Source: Smithellaceae bacterium
GTDB taxonomy: Bacteria; Desulfobacterota; Syntrophia; Syntrophales; Smithellaceae
Assembly: GCA_963667845.2 (NCBI GenBank)
Contig: CAXXVL010000002.1
Coordinates: forward strand, 2,240,001 to 2,304,000
DNA length: 64,000 nt
Reading direction: 5' to 3'
Below, one piece after another: positions 47,124 through 58,346 of this stretch. Numbering within the stretch: the first letter of the stretch is position 1; the number at the start of each line of letters is the position of its first letter. A model generated the notes under the pieces. The model searched no databases, was not told the origin of the DNA, and saw only the letters and a list, made by a program, of their open reading frames with translations. Position numbers and translations under genes: made by a program.

Positions 47124-48149
47124 GTGACGTATTTGATCATAAGAATTCTATTGGCTTTAGCCTGTTCGGTTAGCGGTTATTTCATCGTTTACTACATGGC
47201 AGCAGATAGTTCATATGCGTATTTCCAAGGAATTATTGGCTTTATCGTAGGTTTAATCATTGCGCTGCTGGTCATCAGAGTTGAAAAAGATATCCGCAAA
47301 CTTTCCCTCAGAATCATCGCGGGCGGTGTCATCGGTATGGTCATCGGCTTGCTCGTCGCGTTAATCCTTGGCTTCGGCTTGAATATGGTCATCAAGATCA
47401 CGCAGAATCAGCTCGTCGTTCCATGGATTTATCTGCTTCTGACGGGGATTCTGGGTTATCTGGGATTGGTTCTCGGATCGAAAAAAGCGGAAGAATTCAG
47501 CTTTCACGCAGCGGAGGGGAAAGCATACGCTGACCATCGCTTACTGGATACCAGCGTTATTATCGACGGAAGAATCGCGGATATCTGCGATACCGGTTTT
47601 ATAGACGGAGAATTGATTGTTCCGCGTTTTGTGCTCAATGAGCTGCAATTTATTGCAGATTCGTCTGATTCAATGAAACGATCGCGGGGACGGCGGGGCT
47701 TGGATGTTCTTAATCGGATGCAAAAAAGTTCGGCCATCAATATTGAAATCGTGGAACAGGATTTTCCGAAGATCAAGGGCGTAGACGGCAAACTCGTAGC
47801 TCTGGCCCAAAAGTTAAATGCCAAGCTCATGACCAATGACTATAATCTGAACAAGGTTGCCGAATTGCAGGGTGTTCGGGTCCTGAATGTCAATGAGCTC
47901 GCCAATGCGATGAAGCCCGTTGTTTTGCCCGGAGAGCAGATGCTGGTCAAAATTATCAGAGAGGGCAAGGAACCGGGGCAAGGCGTCGGTTATCTGGATG
48001 ACGGGACCATGATTATCGTCGACAGCGCACAAAGAATGATTAACACGACGGTTGAGGTCGTGGTGACCAGCGTGCTGCAAACAACGGCCGGCCGGATGAT
48101 TTTCACCGAGTTAAAGGAAGCCGCCGAAAAGAAAAGCAGCAATCAATAA
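47124..48149 (+). CDS. PIN/TRAM domain membrane protein (YacL-like)
   Basis: N-terminal TMs, [52 protein letters not shown]; the start could be TTG 47133. Confidence 0.92.
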   Translation: MTYLIIRILLALACSVSGYFIVYYMAADSSYAYFQGIIGFIVGLIIALLVIRVEKDIRKLSLRIIAGGVIGMVIGLLVALILGFGLNMVIKITQNQLVVPWIYLLLTGILGYLGLVLGSKKAEEFSFHAAEGKAYADHRLLDTSVIIDGRIADICDTGFIDGELIVPRFVLNELQFIADSSDSMKRSRGRRGLDVLNRMQKSSAINIEIVEQDFPKIKGVDGKLVALAQKLNAKLMTNDYNLNKVAELQGVRVLNVNELANAMKPVVLPGEQMLVKIIREGKEPGQGVGYLDDGTMIIVDSAQRMINTTVEVVVTSVLQTTAGRMIFTELKEAAEKKSSNQ

Positions 48150-48196
48150 GCAACAATTGTTATGTCTTTTTTGCCGGATAGAAATACCTCTGGCGG

Positions 48197-48232
48197 GCAG
48201 GCCCGGGAAATATATTCCGGGCCTGCTTTTTT
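48197..48232 (+). terminator. intrinsic terminator
   Basis: GCAGGCCCGG...CCGGGCCTGC stem followed by a T run. Confidence 0.75.
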
Positions 48233-48350
48233 ATACGAGGTCTAATTCCAAAAGGCCGGAAGGCGGGTCGAATCTGTCGTTTGGCCATTTATGGAAGCGC
48301 AGGTGTAAGAAACGACAAAGTGTCCACTTATGACCGCAGATGAGGGCGTT

Positions 48351-49538
48351 ATGAAAACAGTGGCGATTATTCCAGCGGGCGGATCCGGTAAGAGATTGGG
48401 TTCCGAAATTGCCAAACAATATCTTTCACTGCAATCCCTGCCGGTTCTGGTTCATACACTCCTGGTTTTTCAGAAATCCGATTTGATAAATGAGATTGTC
48501 CTGGTGGTGCCTGCGGATGATTTGGCATTCGTGCGCGACCGGATCGTTGAAAAATACGAATTGCGGAAAGTGTCGACCGTTGTCGCGGGTGGCCGCGAGC
48601 GTCAGGATTCCGTCCGGAACGGTTTTTCGGCCATAACAAAAGCATGCGATGTGGTCATCATTCACGATGGCGTGCGTCCCTTTGTGACCCAGGACATGAT
48701 TGCCCGGGTTGCAAAAGCTGCGGTCGAAGACGGCGCCGCTTCCGTCGGCGTCCGGGCGAAGGACACCATTAAGGAAGCGACGGCCGAGAACGTCGTCACG
48801 GCAACACTGCCCCGCAACAATCTGTGGCAGACTCAGACTCCGCAGGCGTTTCAATATGACCTTTTGCGCCGGGCTTTTACCCAGGCCGGTGATGACCGCT
48901 ATTATGGAACGGATGATGCGTCGCTGGTTGAACGAACGGGCGCGAAAGTCCGCATGGTTGACGGCTCCTATGATAATATCAAAATTACGACGCCGGAAGA
49001 TTTGATTGTGGCGGAAGCATTGATGAAAGAAAGAACGAAGGGGAAAATAATTTATCGCAGCGGGCTGGGTTACGACAGCCATCGGTTTGCACCGGGCAGA
49101 AAGCTGATCCTGGGCGGCGTGGAAATTCCCTGCGACCGGGGACTGGCAGGCCATTCCGATGCGGATGCACTCCTGCATGCGGTTTGTGATGCGCTCCTGG
49201 GGATGGCGGGCTCAGGGGATATCGGGAGACATTTTCCGGATACCGATCCGGCCTACAAAAATATTTCCAGCCTTGTTCTTCTGGAACGGGTCAAGCACAT
49301 CATTGAGTCGAAGGGGTTGAGCATCAATAATATAGATGCGACGATCATGCTGGAAAAACCGAAACTGGCGCCTTATGCAGAAGCGATGGTCGCCTCGATC
49401 GCAAAAACACTGAATATTCCGGAGACAGCCGTCAATGTCAAAGCCAAAACAAACGAAGGCATGGGCTTTGTCGGACGCGAAGAAGGCATCGCCGTGCTGG
49501 CCATAGCCACCGGCATGGAAAGGATGACGAATGATTGA
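48351..49538 (+). CDS. ispDF: bifunctional IspD/IspF (MEP pathway)
   Basis: PAGGSGKR, GG.ERQDSV, IHDGVRP, QTPQAF, TDDASLVE, then GYDSH, GHSDAD..LHA, GDIG.HFPD, KAKTNEG. Confidence 0.95.
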   Translation: MKTVAIIPAGGSGKRLGSEIAKQYLSLQSLPVLVHTLLVFQKSDLINEIVLVVPADDLAFVRDRIVEKYELRKVSTVVAGGRERQDSVRNGFSAITKACDVVIIHDGVRPFVTQDMIARVAKAAVEDGAASVGVRAKDTIKEATAENVVTATLPRNNLWQTQTPQAFQYDLLRRAFTQAGDDRYYGTDDASLVERTGAKVRMVDGSYDNIKITTPEDLIVAEALMKERTKGKIIYRSGLGYDSHRFAPGRKLILGGVEIPCDRGLAGHSDADALLHAVCDALLGMAGSGDIGRHFPDTDPAYKNISSLVLLERVKHIIESKGLSINNIDATIMLEKPKLAPYAEAMVASIAKTLNIPETAVNVKAKTNEGMGFVGREEGIAVLAIATGMERMTND

Positions 49539-50988
49539 CGCGCCCAGAGTTCGCTTTGCGCCGTCGCCCACCGGTGAGCTGCATGTGGGGAATGCGCGCA
49601 CGGCTCTATTTAACTGGATGTTTGCCCGCCATCACAAAGGCAGTTTCATCCTGCGCATTGAAGACACCGATGAGTCCCGCAGCGCACTTTCGTATCAGGT
49701 CAATCTCCTCGATGATTTGAGATGGCTGGGTTTGACCTGGGATGAAGGGCCGGAAAAAGATGGAGCATACGGACCCTATAAGCAGAGTGAGCGCCTGGAT
49801 ATCTACAAACGTCACCTGCAGAAGTTGATCGACGCGGATCGGGTATATCCCTGTTACTGTACTGAAGAAGAACTGGAAGAAGAGCGCCAGTCCCTGATTC
49901 TCAGCAAGCGCATGCCCCGCTACATGGGAAAATGCCGCAACCTGACCGCCGAACAGCGGGCAGCGCTCGCGGCGTCCGGCCGCAGGCCGTCCTACCGGTT
50001 CAGAGTTCCCGATGAATCTGTCTCGTTTGACGACTTAATCCGGGGACCTGTCAGGTTTGAGAGTGAAGCGATGGGCGATTTCATCATCGTCCGGTCCAAC
50101 GGTATGCCCGCTTACAATTTCGCCGTGGTCATCGATGACCATCTGATGGCCATTACACATGTTATCCGCGGCGAAGATCATTTATCCAACACGGCTTTGC
50201 AGGTGATGCTGTATCGTGCTATCGGATTTGAGCCGCCGACCTTTGCTCATCATTGTCTGATCCTCGGCAAAGACCACGCCAAACTCAGCAAGCGTCATGG
50301 CTCGGTGTCCGTCGGCGAATTCCGCAGACAGGGATTTCTGCCGGAGGCGCTGCTCAACTACCTGGGGCTTCTCGGGAGTTCGTTTGCCGACGGCCGGGAG
50401 GTATTGTCTCAGTCGGAGATGGTTGAAGCTTTTTCACTTTCGCGCGCGTCCAAAAGCGGCGCCGTCTTTGATGAAGATAAGCTCCGGTGGCTAAATGCGA
50501 TTTACGTCCGGAATTGTACCACGGCCGAATTGCTGGAGAGGCTTGAACCGTTTTTACAGGAGGCCGGCTACCGGACGGCTGCCCTGGAAGCCCAGTGGCT
50601 GAGACGCGTGATTGAAACCGTCAAAGATGAACTGACGACGCTTGCTGATATTGACAGTCATATTGATTTATTTTTTGATGATCGATACAAGATCACTTCT
50701 GAAGCAAGACAGATTCTCGATTCCGAGAGTGCTCAGACGGTGATCCGGTATTTCAGCGAATTTTTGGAACAGGCTTCAGGTCCGGCTGACGACATCTATG
50801 TTGCAGCCATAAAGTACGCCAGGGAAAAATCCGGCATCAAAGGCCGGGATTTGTTTATGCCGGTGCGGGCTCAGCTCACGGGTAAAGTGAAAGGTCCCGA
50901 ACTGGACAAAGTATTTGCGATCCTGGGTAAAGATTCCGCCCTGCAGAGACTGCGGCAGGCGAATCGACGGCCGATTCAGAAACCATGA
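49531..50988 (+). CDS. gltX: glutamate-tRNA ligase
   Basis: RFAPSPTG.LHVGN, LRIEDTD, RGEDH, KLSKR. Confidence 0.96.
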   Translation: MIDAPRVRFAPSPTGELHVGNARTALFNWMFARHHKGSFILRIEDTDESRSALSYQVNLLDDLRWLGLTWDEGPEKDGAYGPYKQSERLDIYKRHLQKLIDADRVYPCYCTEEELEEERQSLILSKRMPRYMGKCRNLTAEQRAALAASGRRPSYRFRVPDESVSFDDLIRGPVRFESEAMGDFIIVRSNGMPAYNFAVVIDDHLMAITHVIRGEDHLSNTALQVMLYRAIGFEPPTFAHHCLILGKDHAKLSKRHGSVSVGEFRRQGFLPEALLNYLGLLGSSFADGREVLSQSEMVEAFSLSRASKSGAVFDEDKLRWLNAIYVRNCTTAELLERLEPFLQEAGYRTAALEAQWLRRVIETVKDELTTLADIDSHIDLFFDDRYKITSEARQILDSESAQTVIRYFSEFLEQASGPADDIYVAAIKYAREKSGIKGRDLFMPVRAQLTGKVKGPELDKVFAILGKDSALQRLRQANRRPIQKP

Positions 50989-50992
50989 AGGA

Positions 50993-51976
50993 ATGAAAAA
51001 ACGACTTAACCTTTTTTTTGCTGACCATATTTTTCTGTGCCGGATGACTTTCAGGCCCGGAGGTATCGTCATCTGTCTTTGTTTGATTTCTTGCCTTTGG
51101 GCAAGTCCGTGGCTGGCGGGCCCGGTTTGGGCTGCTGATCCGCAATCGCAGGAGCTGAGTCGATTTCTCAATACGCTGGAAGCACAGAACGTGCGCTATG
51201 ACTGGACGGATGTCCCCTGCCGCGGTATCCCCTGGGAGTATCACAGGAGAACCCGGAATCACCACCCATTGATTTTTGCGCATTTCGGCAAGCCGTCGGG
51301 CGATTGCATTTTATTCCTGGGAGGCGTTCACGGTGATGAATTGCCGACCGTCTACCTGATGTTCAAACTGGCGCACTACATCAACGAGCATCCCGAGGTC
51401 GTCGAAAACAAATGTATCGTGATTGCGCCGATCGTGAATCCCGATGGATATCTTGAGCCCCAGCCGACTCGCATCAATGCGGCCGGCGTGGATATCAACC
51501 GGAATTTCCCGACCCGGAGCTGGAATCCGGAAGCCCATCGCCAGTGGATAACCAAGGGCAAAAAAAACAAGCGCTACTATCCCGGACCTCATGCGGGGTC
51601 CGAGCAGGAAACCATGTTTCAGGTCGCGCTCATCAAACGCTTTAAACCACAGAAGATTCTGAGCGTTCATTCACCGCTTAACTTCTTTGATTATGACGGA
51701 CCGTCGGCCGATTTGAATTCTTTCGAACAATGGATGGAAAAGATATCGAAGGAGGCGAATCACCCGCTGAAAAAATTCGGTTATTACCCGGGATCCCTGG
51801 GGAACTATGCCGGACATGAACGCAGCATCTTTACGCTGACGCTGGAACTTCCAACCTCCGATCCGAAACGGGGCGGCGAGTACTTTCACAAATTTCAGCC
51901 TGCATTCGTGAAGTTTATCAATTTGCCCGTTACGGGCAAGCCGCCTTTTACGCGGTTGGTAAGAAATAAAAGTTGA
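50993..51976 (+). CDS. M14 family zinc peptidase (MpaA-like murein peptide amidase)
   Basis: GGVHGDE, NPDG, R.NA.GVD.NRNFP, SEQET, SVH, PGSLGNY, TLELP; start uncertain. Confidence 0.85.
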   Translation: MKKRLNLFFADHIFLCRMTFRPGGIVICLCLISCLWASPWLAGPVWAADPQSQELSRFLNTLEAQNVRYDWTDVPCRGIPWEYHRRTRNHHPLIFAHFGKPSGDCILFLGGVHGDELPTVYLMFKLAHYINEHPEVVENKCIVIAPIVNPDGYLEPQPTRINAAGVDINRNFPTRSWNPEAHRQWITKGKKNKRYYPGPHAGSEQETMFQVALIKRFKPQKILSVHSPLNFFDYDGPSADLNSFEQWMEKISKEANHPLKKFGYYPGSLGNYAGHERSIFTLTLELPTSDPKRGGEYFHKFQPAFVKFINLPVTGKPPFTRLVRNKS

Positions 51977-52135
51977 TGTTCTTCGGATGAGCCGGTCCGT
52001 CCGAAAATGAGTTGAGAATAGATGGAATTTATCCGAGGATAAAATTGTCCGCCAAAACTTCGGTTTGCGTTTTATTCAGATGCACAAACAGAAATTATCC
52101 TTGCCGGATGCCCGAGAGCATTTACTTGCGGGGAC

Positions 52136-52300
52136 TCAGCAACCCGTGGGTCCACAGGAAATTCCGGGGTTCCGAAGGATTGTCCATATCGCGACAGCAA
52201 TGACGAACAAGGCTGCGGGAATGGCGATAAAAGCAAAAAAGCGAGCAACAATGTCCGTTACATCGTCATCGTTTCTGATTTCACGAAACATTTCTTTCAT
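52136..52300 (-). CDS. small single-pass membrane protein (54 aa)
   Basis: AAAGGAGG RBS, then MKEMFRE...FFAFIAIPAALFVIAVAIWTIL...CGPTGC. Confidence 0.6.
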   Translation of the reverse strand: MKEMFREIRNDDDVTDIVARFFAFIAIPAALFVIAVAIWTILRNPGISCGPTGC

Positions 52301-52430
52301 CGTGCTGTGCCTCCTTTCAGCAGGGACCTTGACTCGGTTCGGGCAATTAGCGTTCATCTCGATCCATTGGCCTCATGCGGTTTATCATTCGCCTGATTCG
52401 GCATTCGTGTTTATCTGCCGGCATTTCATC

Positions 52431-52538
52431 TTACGAACGCACAAGCGCCAGGATGGCGATCATGATGAGATAGAGGGCTGCAATATCACTTATGAAAGGG
52501 ACATGATCCCTGCATCTCAATTTCACGGTTTCTTTCAT
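52431..52538 (-). CDS. possible 35-aa hydrophobic peptide
   Basis: Manual translation MKETVKLRCRDHVPFISDIAALYLIMIAILALVRS; weak RBS. Confidence 0.3.
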   Translation of the reverse strand: MKETVKLRCRDHVPFISDIAALYLIMIAILALVRS

Positions 52539-52928
52539 CTTTCTTATGTCCATTTAAAAGACCTTCCTGACACATAAGATAGTCCCGCAAAAACAAATGA
52601 CAATAATAGTTGTGTGCAAGTTTATTGGCAGGTAAATATTACCCCTCTAACGACGCTGCGTGGCTTTTCCAAGGAAAGGGGCAATCTCAGAACCCGTCTT
52701 ACCGTCTTACCGGCATGAGCGAAAAATAGTGAAACAGACATCGGGCTTTGGTCGGATCGTCTTGCCAAAAGCAGACGGCATTATTACTCATATAAAATGA
52801 AGAACGTTATTGGAGACCCCAATGCGTCTCGGGGTGCTATGCAGATGGACCGGAAGCTGAGAAAAGAATCGGACGAACATCGTGCCGGAGGGTTTTCGAG
52901 CCTGTCGGCTAATTAAAAGGGGGCTGTC

Positions 52929-53141
52929 ATGAAAAAGAACATGGGCACCATTGATCGAATTATCAGAACGCTGCTGGCAATTGTTATTGTAATCCTCTAC
53001 CTGAACGGAAGTATTACGGGAGCTGCAGCTGTCATCTTGGGCATTTTCGCCTTGATCTTCCTGATCACCAGCGCGATCGGCTTTTGTCCGCTCTATGCGC
53101 CTTTCCACATTTCAACGATCGGCAAGCCCAAAAAAAGCTGA
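52929..53141 (+). CDS. DUF2892 (YgaP-like) membrane protein
   Basis: MKKNMGTIDRIIR, two TMs, GFCPLY.PF.IST. Confidence 0.9.
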   Translation: MKKNMGTIDRIIRTLLAIVIVILYLNGSITGAAAVILGIFALIFLITSAIGFCPLYAPFHISTIGKPKKS

Positions 53142-53203
53142 CGGCAGTTTATGTCCGGAAAAGATGCCGATAGGGGAACACGGCGGGAGTTGTTTCGGCG
53201 GAG

Positions 53204-53884
53204 ATGCGCAAGGGTACGGATACGGTGAGAAAAGATTTTGACGCGGAAGCGGCGGCCTGGGATGAAGATCCCGGACGAGTGAAAGTCGCGGCGGATATCG
53301 CACGGGCGGTCATCACCCGGGCGCACCTTACCTCCGACATGGATGTGCTTGACTTCGGATGCGGAACAGGTTTGATTTCGCTCGCCCTGCAGCCGTTTGT
53401 CCGGTCGGTTACCGGCATGGACAGCTCGCGCGGCATGCTGGATGTTTTTCAGAACAAAATTGCCGCAAGCCATATCGGGAATGTAAAAGGGGTCCTCCTG
53501 AACGCGGAGATGGCTGGCGTCTTGACGGGACATTATCATCTCGTTGTATGCAGTATGACGCTCCATCATATTCAAGCCGTCGAACCACTGCTGGGGCAAT
53601 TTTACCAGGTTTTAAATCCTGCAGGCCTCTTATGCGTTGCGGATCTGGACTCCGATGGCGGCCGGTTTCATTCCAGTTCAGAGGGGGTGTTCCACACCGG
53701 CTTCAGCCGGGAGGACATGCAGCGCATGCTTCTTACCGCAGGATTTCGAGACCTTCATGTGATGCAGGCGTCCCAAATTGAAAAGCCGGTTGGCGGCAAC
53801 CGGAAAGAGGTGTTTACCGTTTTCCTGATGACCGGCCGCAAAGCATCCGCCCAAGAACTGAATATCGGGAGCGGAAGTATCTGA
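53204..53884 (+). CDS. class I SAM-dependent methyltransferase
   Basis: FDAEAAAWD, LDFGCGTGL, D.S.GML, SMTLHHI, FH..GF. Confidence 0.9.
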   Translation: MRKGTDTVRKDFDAEAAAWDEDPGRVKVAADIARAVITRAHLTSDMDVLDFGCGTGLISLALQPFVRSVTGMDSSRGMLDVFQNKIAASHIGNVKGVLLNAEMAGVLTGHYHLVVCSMTLHHIQAVEPLLGQFYQVLNPAGLLCVADLDSDGGRFHSSSEGVFHTGFSREDMQRMLLTAGFRDLHVMQASQIEKPVGGNRKEVFTVFLMTGRKASAQELNIGSGSI

Positions 53885-54124
53885 CTCGTCGGTATTCCCC
53901 TTCAAGATGAACGCTGCCCGGAAGCAGGAGTGAGGCACCGTTCTTAAAAGTTGGGGGATTGCGGCCGCCCGAGTGCATTACTCTGCACGCAGCTCACCCT
54001 TTGGCCGTAAGGCCGATAAGAGAAGAATGATTCTATTTTTCATGAGCTTTACTTTCTAATTCATATTGGCATTTTATGAAAAAATATGCTCTTGTGGCCT
54101 ATCCCCTTCAAGGAGAAATAAGCG

Positions 54125-55483
54125 TTGAAAAAAGTCAAAACCGGATTCTTTTGTCAGCACTGCGGGTATATGTCGCCCAAGTGGCTGGGCAAATGTCCTT
54201 CCTGCAGCGGATGGAATTGTTTTGCCGAAGAACTGATCGCTTCTGACGAATCCGGCAGCCGGGCTGAGATGCAGTTTGGCGGCCAGCCCATGCCCATTGA
54301 TGAAATCCCGGCCCAGGAAGGAGAACGGACACTCACCGGTATTGGCGAAGTTGACCGGGTGCTGGGCGGAGGCATTGTCGGCGGGTCGGCCATCCTGATC
54401 GGCGGAGAGCCGGGCATCGGCAAATCCACGCTCATGCTTCAGGTCATGAAGAATCTGGCGCAAAACGGGAAGAAGGTTCTCTATGTTTCCGGCGAAGAGT
54501 CGGCAAGCCAGATCAAGCTGCGTGCGAACCGGATCGGCGCCGAGGCACGGGATTTACTCGTATTGGTAGAGGTATCGCTCGAAAAAATCCTGGAACAGAT
54601 TAAGAAAGTCGAACCGGCCATTGTGGTGATCGACTCTATCCAGACGGTCTATTCCGGTGATTTAATGTCCGCTCCCGGAAGCGTGGGGCAGGTGCGAGAG
54701 GCCTCCTCACGGCTGATCCTGTCGGCGAAAAAAAACGGAATTCCCGTATTCCTCGTCGGTCACGTGACCAAAGACGGTTCGATTGCCGGCCCCAAGGTTT
54801 TGGAGCACATGGTAGATACCGTTCTATATTTTGAGGGGGATTCCGGACATGCCTATCGGATCATCCGCAGCATTAAAAACCGCTTTGGTCCGACCAATGA
54901 AATCGGCGTCTTTGAAATGCAGGATCGAGGGTTGAAAGAGGTGGCCAACCCGTCGGCCTTCTTTTTGGCTGAGCGGCCGCAAAATGCCGCCGGCTCAGTG
55001 GTCGTTCCGAGCCTGGAGGGCACTCGTCCGATTCTGGTCGAAATTCAGGCGCTGGCCAGCGTTTCCAATTTAGGAATGCCCAGGCGGACGGCTATCGGCG
55101 TCGACCACAACCGGGTATCGCTTCTGGTGGCCGTCCTCGATAAGATTTGCGGCCTGCATCTGGGTGGATCCGACATCTTTATTAATGTGGCAGGCGGCGT
55201 CCGGGTGGAGGAACCGGCTGTAGACCTGGGGATTGTCGCCGCGATGGCATCGAGCTTTCTGGACCGGCCGGTGGATGCCCGGACAATTGTCCTGGGAGAG
55301 GTGGGGCTGGCCGGAGAGGTTCGGGCTGTTTCTCAAGTGGAGACCCGGGTAAAAGAGGCGGCCCGCCTGGGGTTCAATCGGTGTATCGTCCCGAAGTCCA
55401 ACATGCCTTCGCTTGCCAAAATGGCAAAAGTGGAAATTTTTTCAATCAATTCACTTGCCGAATTATTGGAGAATCTTTTCTGA
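54125..55483 (+). CDS. radA: DNA repair protein RadA/Sms
   Basis: CQHCG...KWLGKCPSC, GEPGIGKSTL, IDSIQT, KNRFG; TTG start. Confidence 0.96.
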   Translation: MKKVKTGFFCQHCGYMSPKWLGKCPSCSGWNCFAEELIASDESGSRAEMQFGGQPMPIDEIPAQEGERTLTGIGEVDRVLGGGIVGGSAILIGGEPGIGKSTLMLQVMKNLAQNGKKVLYVSGEESASQIKLRANRIGAEARDLLVLVEVSLEKILEQIKKVEPAIVVIDSIQTVYSGDLMSAPGSVGQVREASSRLILSAKKNGIPVFLVGHVTKDGSIAGPKVLEHMVDTVLYFEGDSGHAYRIIRSIKNRFGPTNEIGVFEMQDRGLKEVANPSAFFLAERPQNAAGSVVVPSLEGTRPILVEIQALASVSNLGMPRRTAIGVDHNRVSLLVAVLDKICGLHLGGSDIFINVAGGVRVEEPAVDLGIVAAMASSFLDRPVDARTIVLGEVGLAGEVRAVSQVETRVKEAARLGFNRCIVPKSNMPSLAKMAKVEIFSINSLAELLENLF

Positions 55484-55525
55484 TCCGGTTTGAAGAAAGA
55501 CTCATTAAAAAATTGTTCAAAAACC

Positions 55526-55553
55526 TTGACATGGCTGAAATAGTGCATAAGAT
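55526..55553 (+). promoter_or_regulatory. sigma70-type promoter for groESL
   Basis: TTGACA-16 nt-TAAGAT. Confidence 0.55.
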
Positions 55554-55617
55554 AGCGCGGCTTGTAGGCAGCACTCATAAAGTGAAATCATAAAAGGAAG
55601 AAAGGAGAATTAAAAAC

Positions 55618-55908
55618 ATGAATATCAGACCTTTACAGGATCGCATCATTGTAAAACGTTTGGAAGAAGAAACAAAGACCAAGGGGGGCATCATCATTCC
55701 CGACTCAGCCAAGGAAAAACCTATTGAAGGCAAAGTAATTGCAGTTGGCAAGGGTAAAAAGACAGAAGAAGGCAAATTGATCGCTTTGGATGTTAAACCG
55801 GGCGATAAAGTCCTTTTCAGCAAATATGGCGGCACCGAAGTCAAGATCGATGGTGAAGAATACCTGATCATGAGAGAAGACGACATTCTGGGCGTTATTG
55901 AAAAATAA
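55618..55908 (+). CDS. groES: co-chaperonin GroES
   Basis: [33 protein letters not shown]. Confidence 0.97.
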   Translation: MNIRPLQDRIIVKRLEEETKTKGGIIIPDSAKEKPIEGKVIAVGKGKKTEEGKLIALDVKPGDKVLFSKYGGTEVKIDGEEYLIMREDDILGVIEK

Positions 55909-55919
55909 GAAAATATTAA

Positions 55920-57578
<1,659 letters not shown>

Positions 57579-57629
57579 GAAAAAAGCAGGCTATTAGGCT
57601 GTAGACATTTAGACTGTTAGGTTAAAAGG

Positions 57630-57665
57630 AAGGCCCCCTGTCCGCGAGGATAGGGGGCTTTTTAT
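57630..57665 (+). terminator. intrinsic terminator after groEL
   Basis: GCCCCCTGTCC-GCGA-GGATAGGGGGC followed by a T run. Confidence 0.85.
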
Positions 57666-57950
57666 TGTTCATTCAGCCGCTACACCCTTTTAGTTGGAAT
57701 GGGGAGCGGTGCGGGGGATCATTATGGCGAACCTTTTACCCCACCGGAAAAGGGCTATCTGATTGTCATAGAAATTGACGGCCCGAAAGAGAATGGGCAA
57801 ACAACGTTTAAGCATCCCATTAAAGGATAAATGACGATCGTAAGTTGACATAGTGAAGATGACGGCTAAACTAATAAAATAGCGAAGAAAAGATTTACTG
57901 AGTTGCGCGTCGACTTGAGAATAAAACAAGAAACAGGAGGAATGAAAATC

Positions 57951-58346
57951 ATGAAGCGAGTTACTTTATTTTTGGCAGTGATGGTGTTGGTGGCCGGCAG
58001 TATTTCGGCGTATGCCAAAGATTACGAGATGACGAAGAAGGCCGGTGATTATACCATACAGGTAGCGATTGATAAAAATCCGCCGGTAACCGGAAATAAT
58101 AACATGACCGTCATGATTAAGGATGCGACGGGTAAACCGGTAACGGATGCTTCCGTTGCCATTGACTATGGCATGCCCGCTATGTCCGGCATGGGCGCGA
58201 TGAATTACAAGACGAAAGCCGCGTCCAAAGGGGATAAGAATATCGCCACGCTCAATTTCTCGATGGCCGGTCCCTGGTATGTCAATATCAAAATTACCCG
58301 CGGCGGCAAAACTGAGACGGTCAAATTAAATGTCGATATCAAGTAA
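57951..58346 (+). CDS. secreted YtkA/FixH-like protein (Met-rich)
   Basis: Signal peptide, NPP.TG.N, G.PV.DA.V, YGMPAMSGMGAM, FSMAGPW; AGGAGG RBS. Confidence 0.8.
   Translation: MKRVTLFLAVMVLVAGSISAYAKDYEMTKKAGDYTIQVAIDKNPPVTGNNNMTVMIKDATGKPVTDASVAIDYGMPAMSGMGAMNYKTKAASKGDKNIATLNFSMAGPWYVNIKITRGGKTETVKLNVDIK

Noticed and set aside
52790..52925. Possible riboswitch upstream of the DUF2892 gene
   Set aside because: Only short hairpins; no recognisable aptamer consensus.
55568..55594. CIRCE (HrcA) operator before groES
   Set aside because: Only a partial left arm (AGCACTC) is present; the right arm GAGTGCTAA is absent.
57588..57623. Short degenerate 8-mer repeat after groEL (AGGCTATT/AGACTGTT-like)
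   Set aside because: Four or five degenerate units are too short to support a claim.
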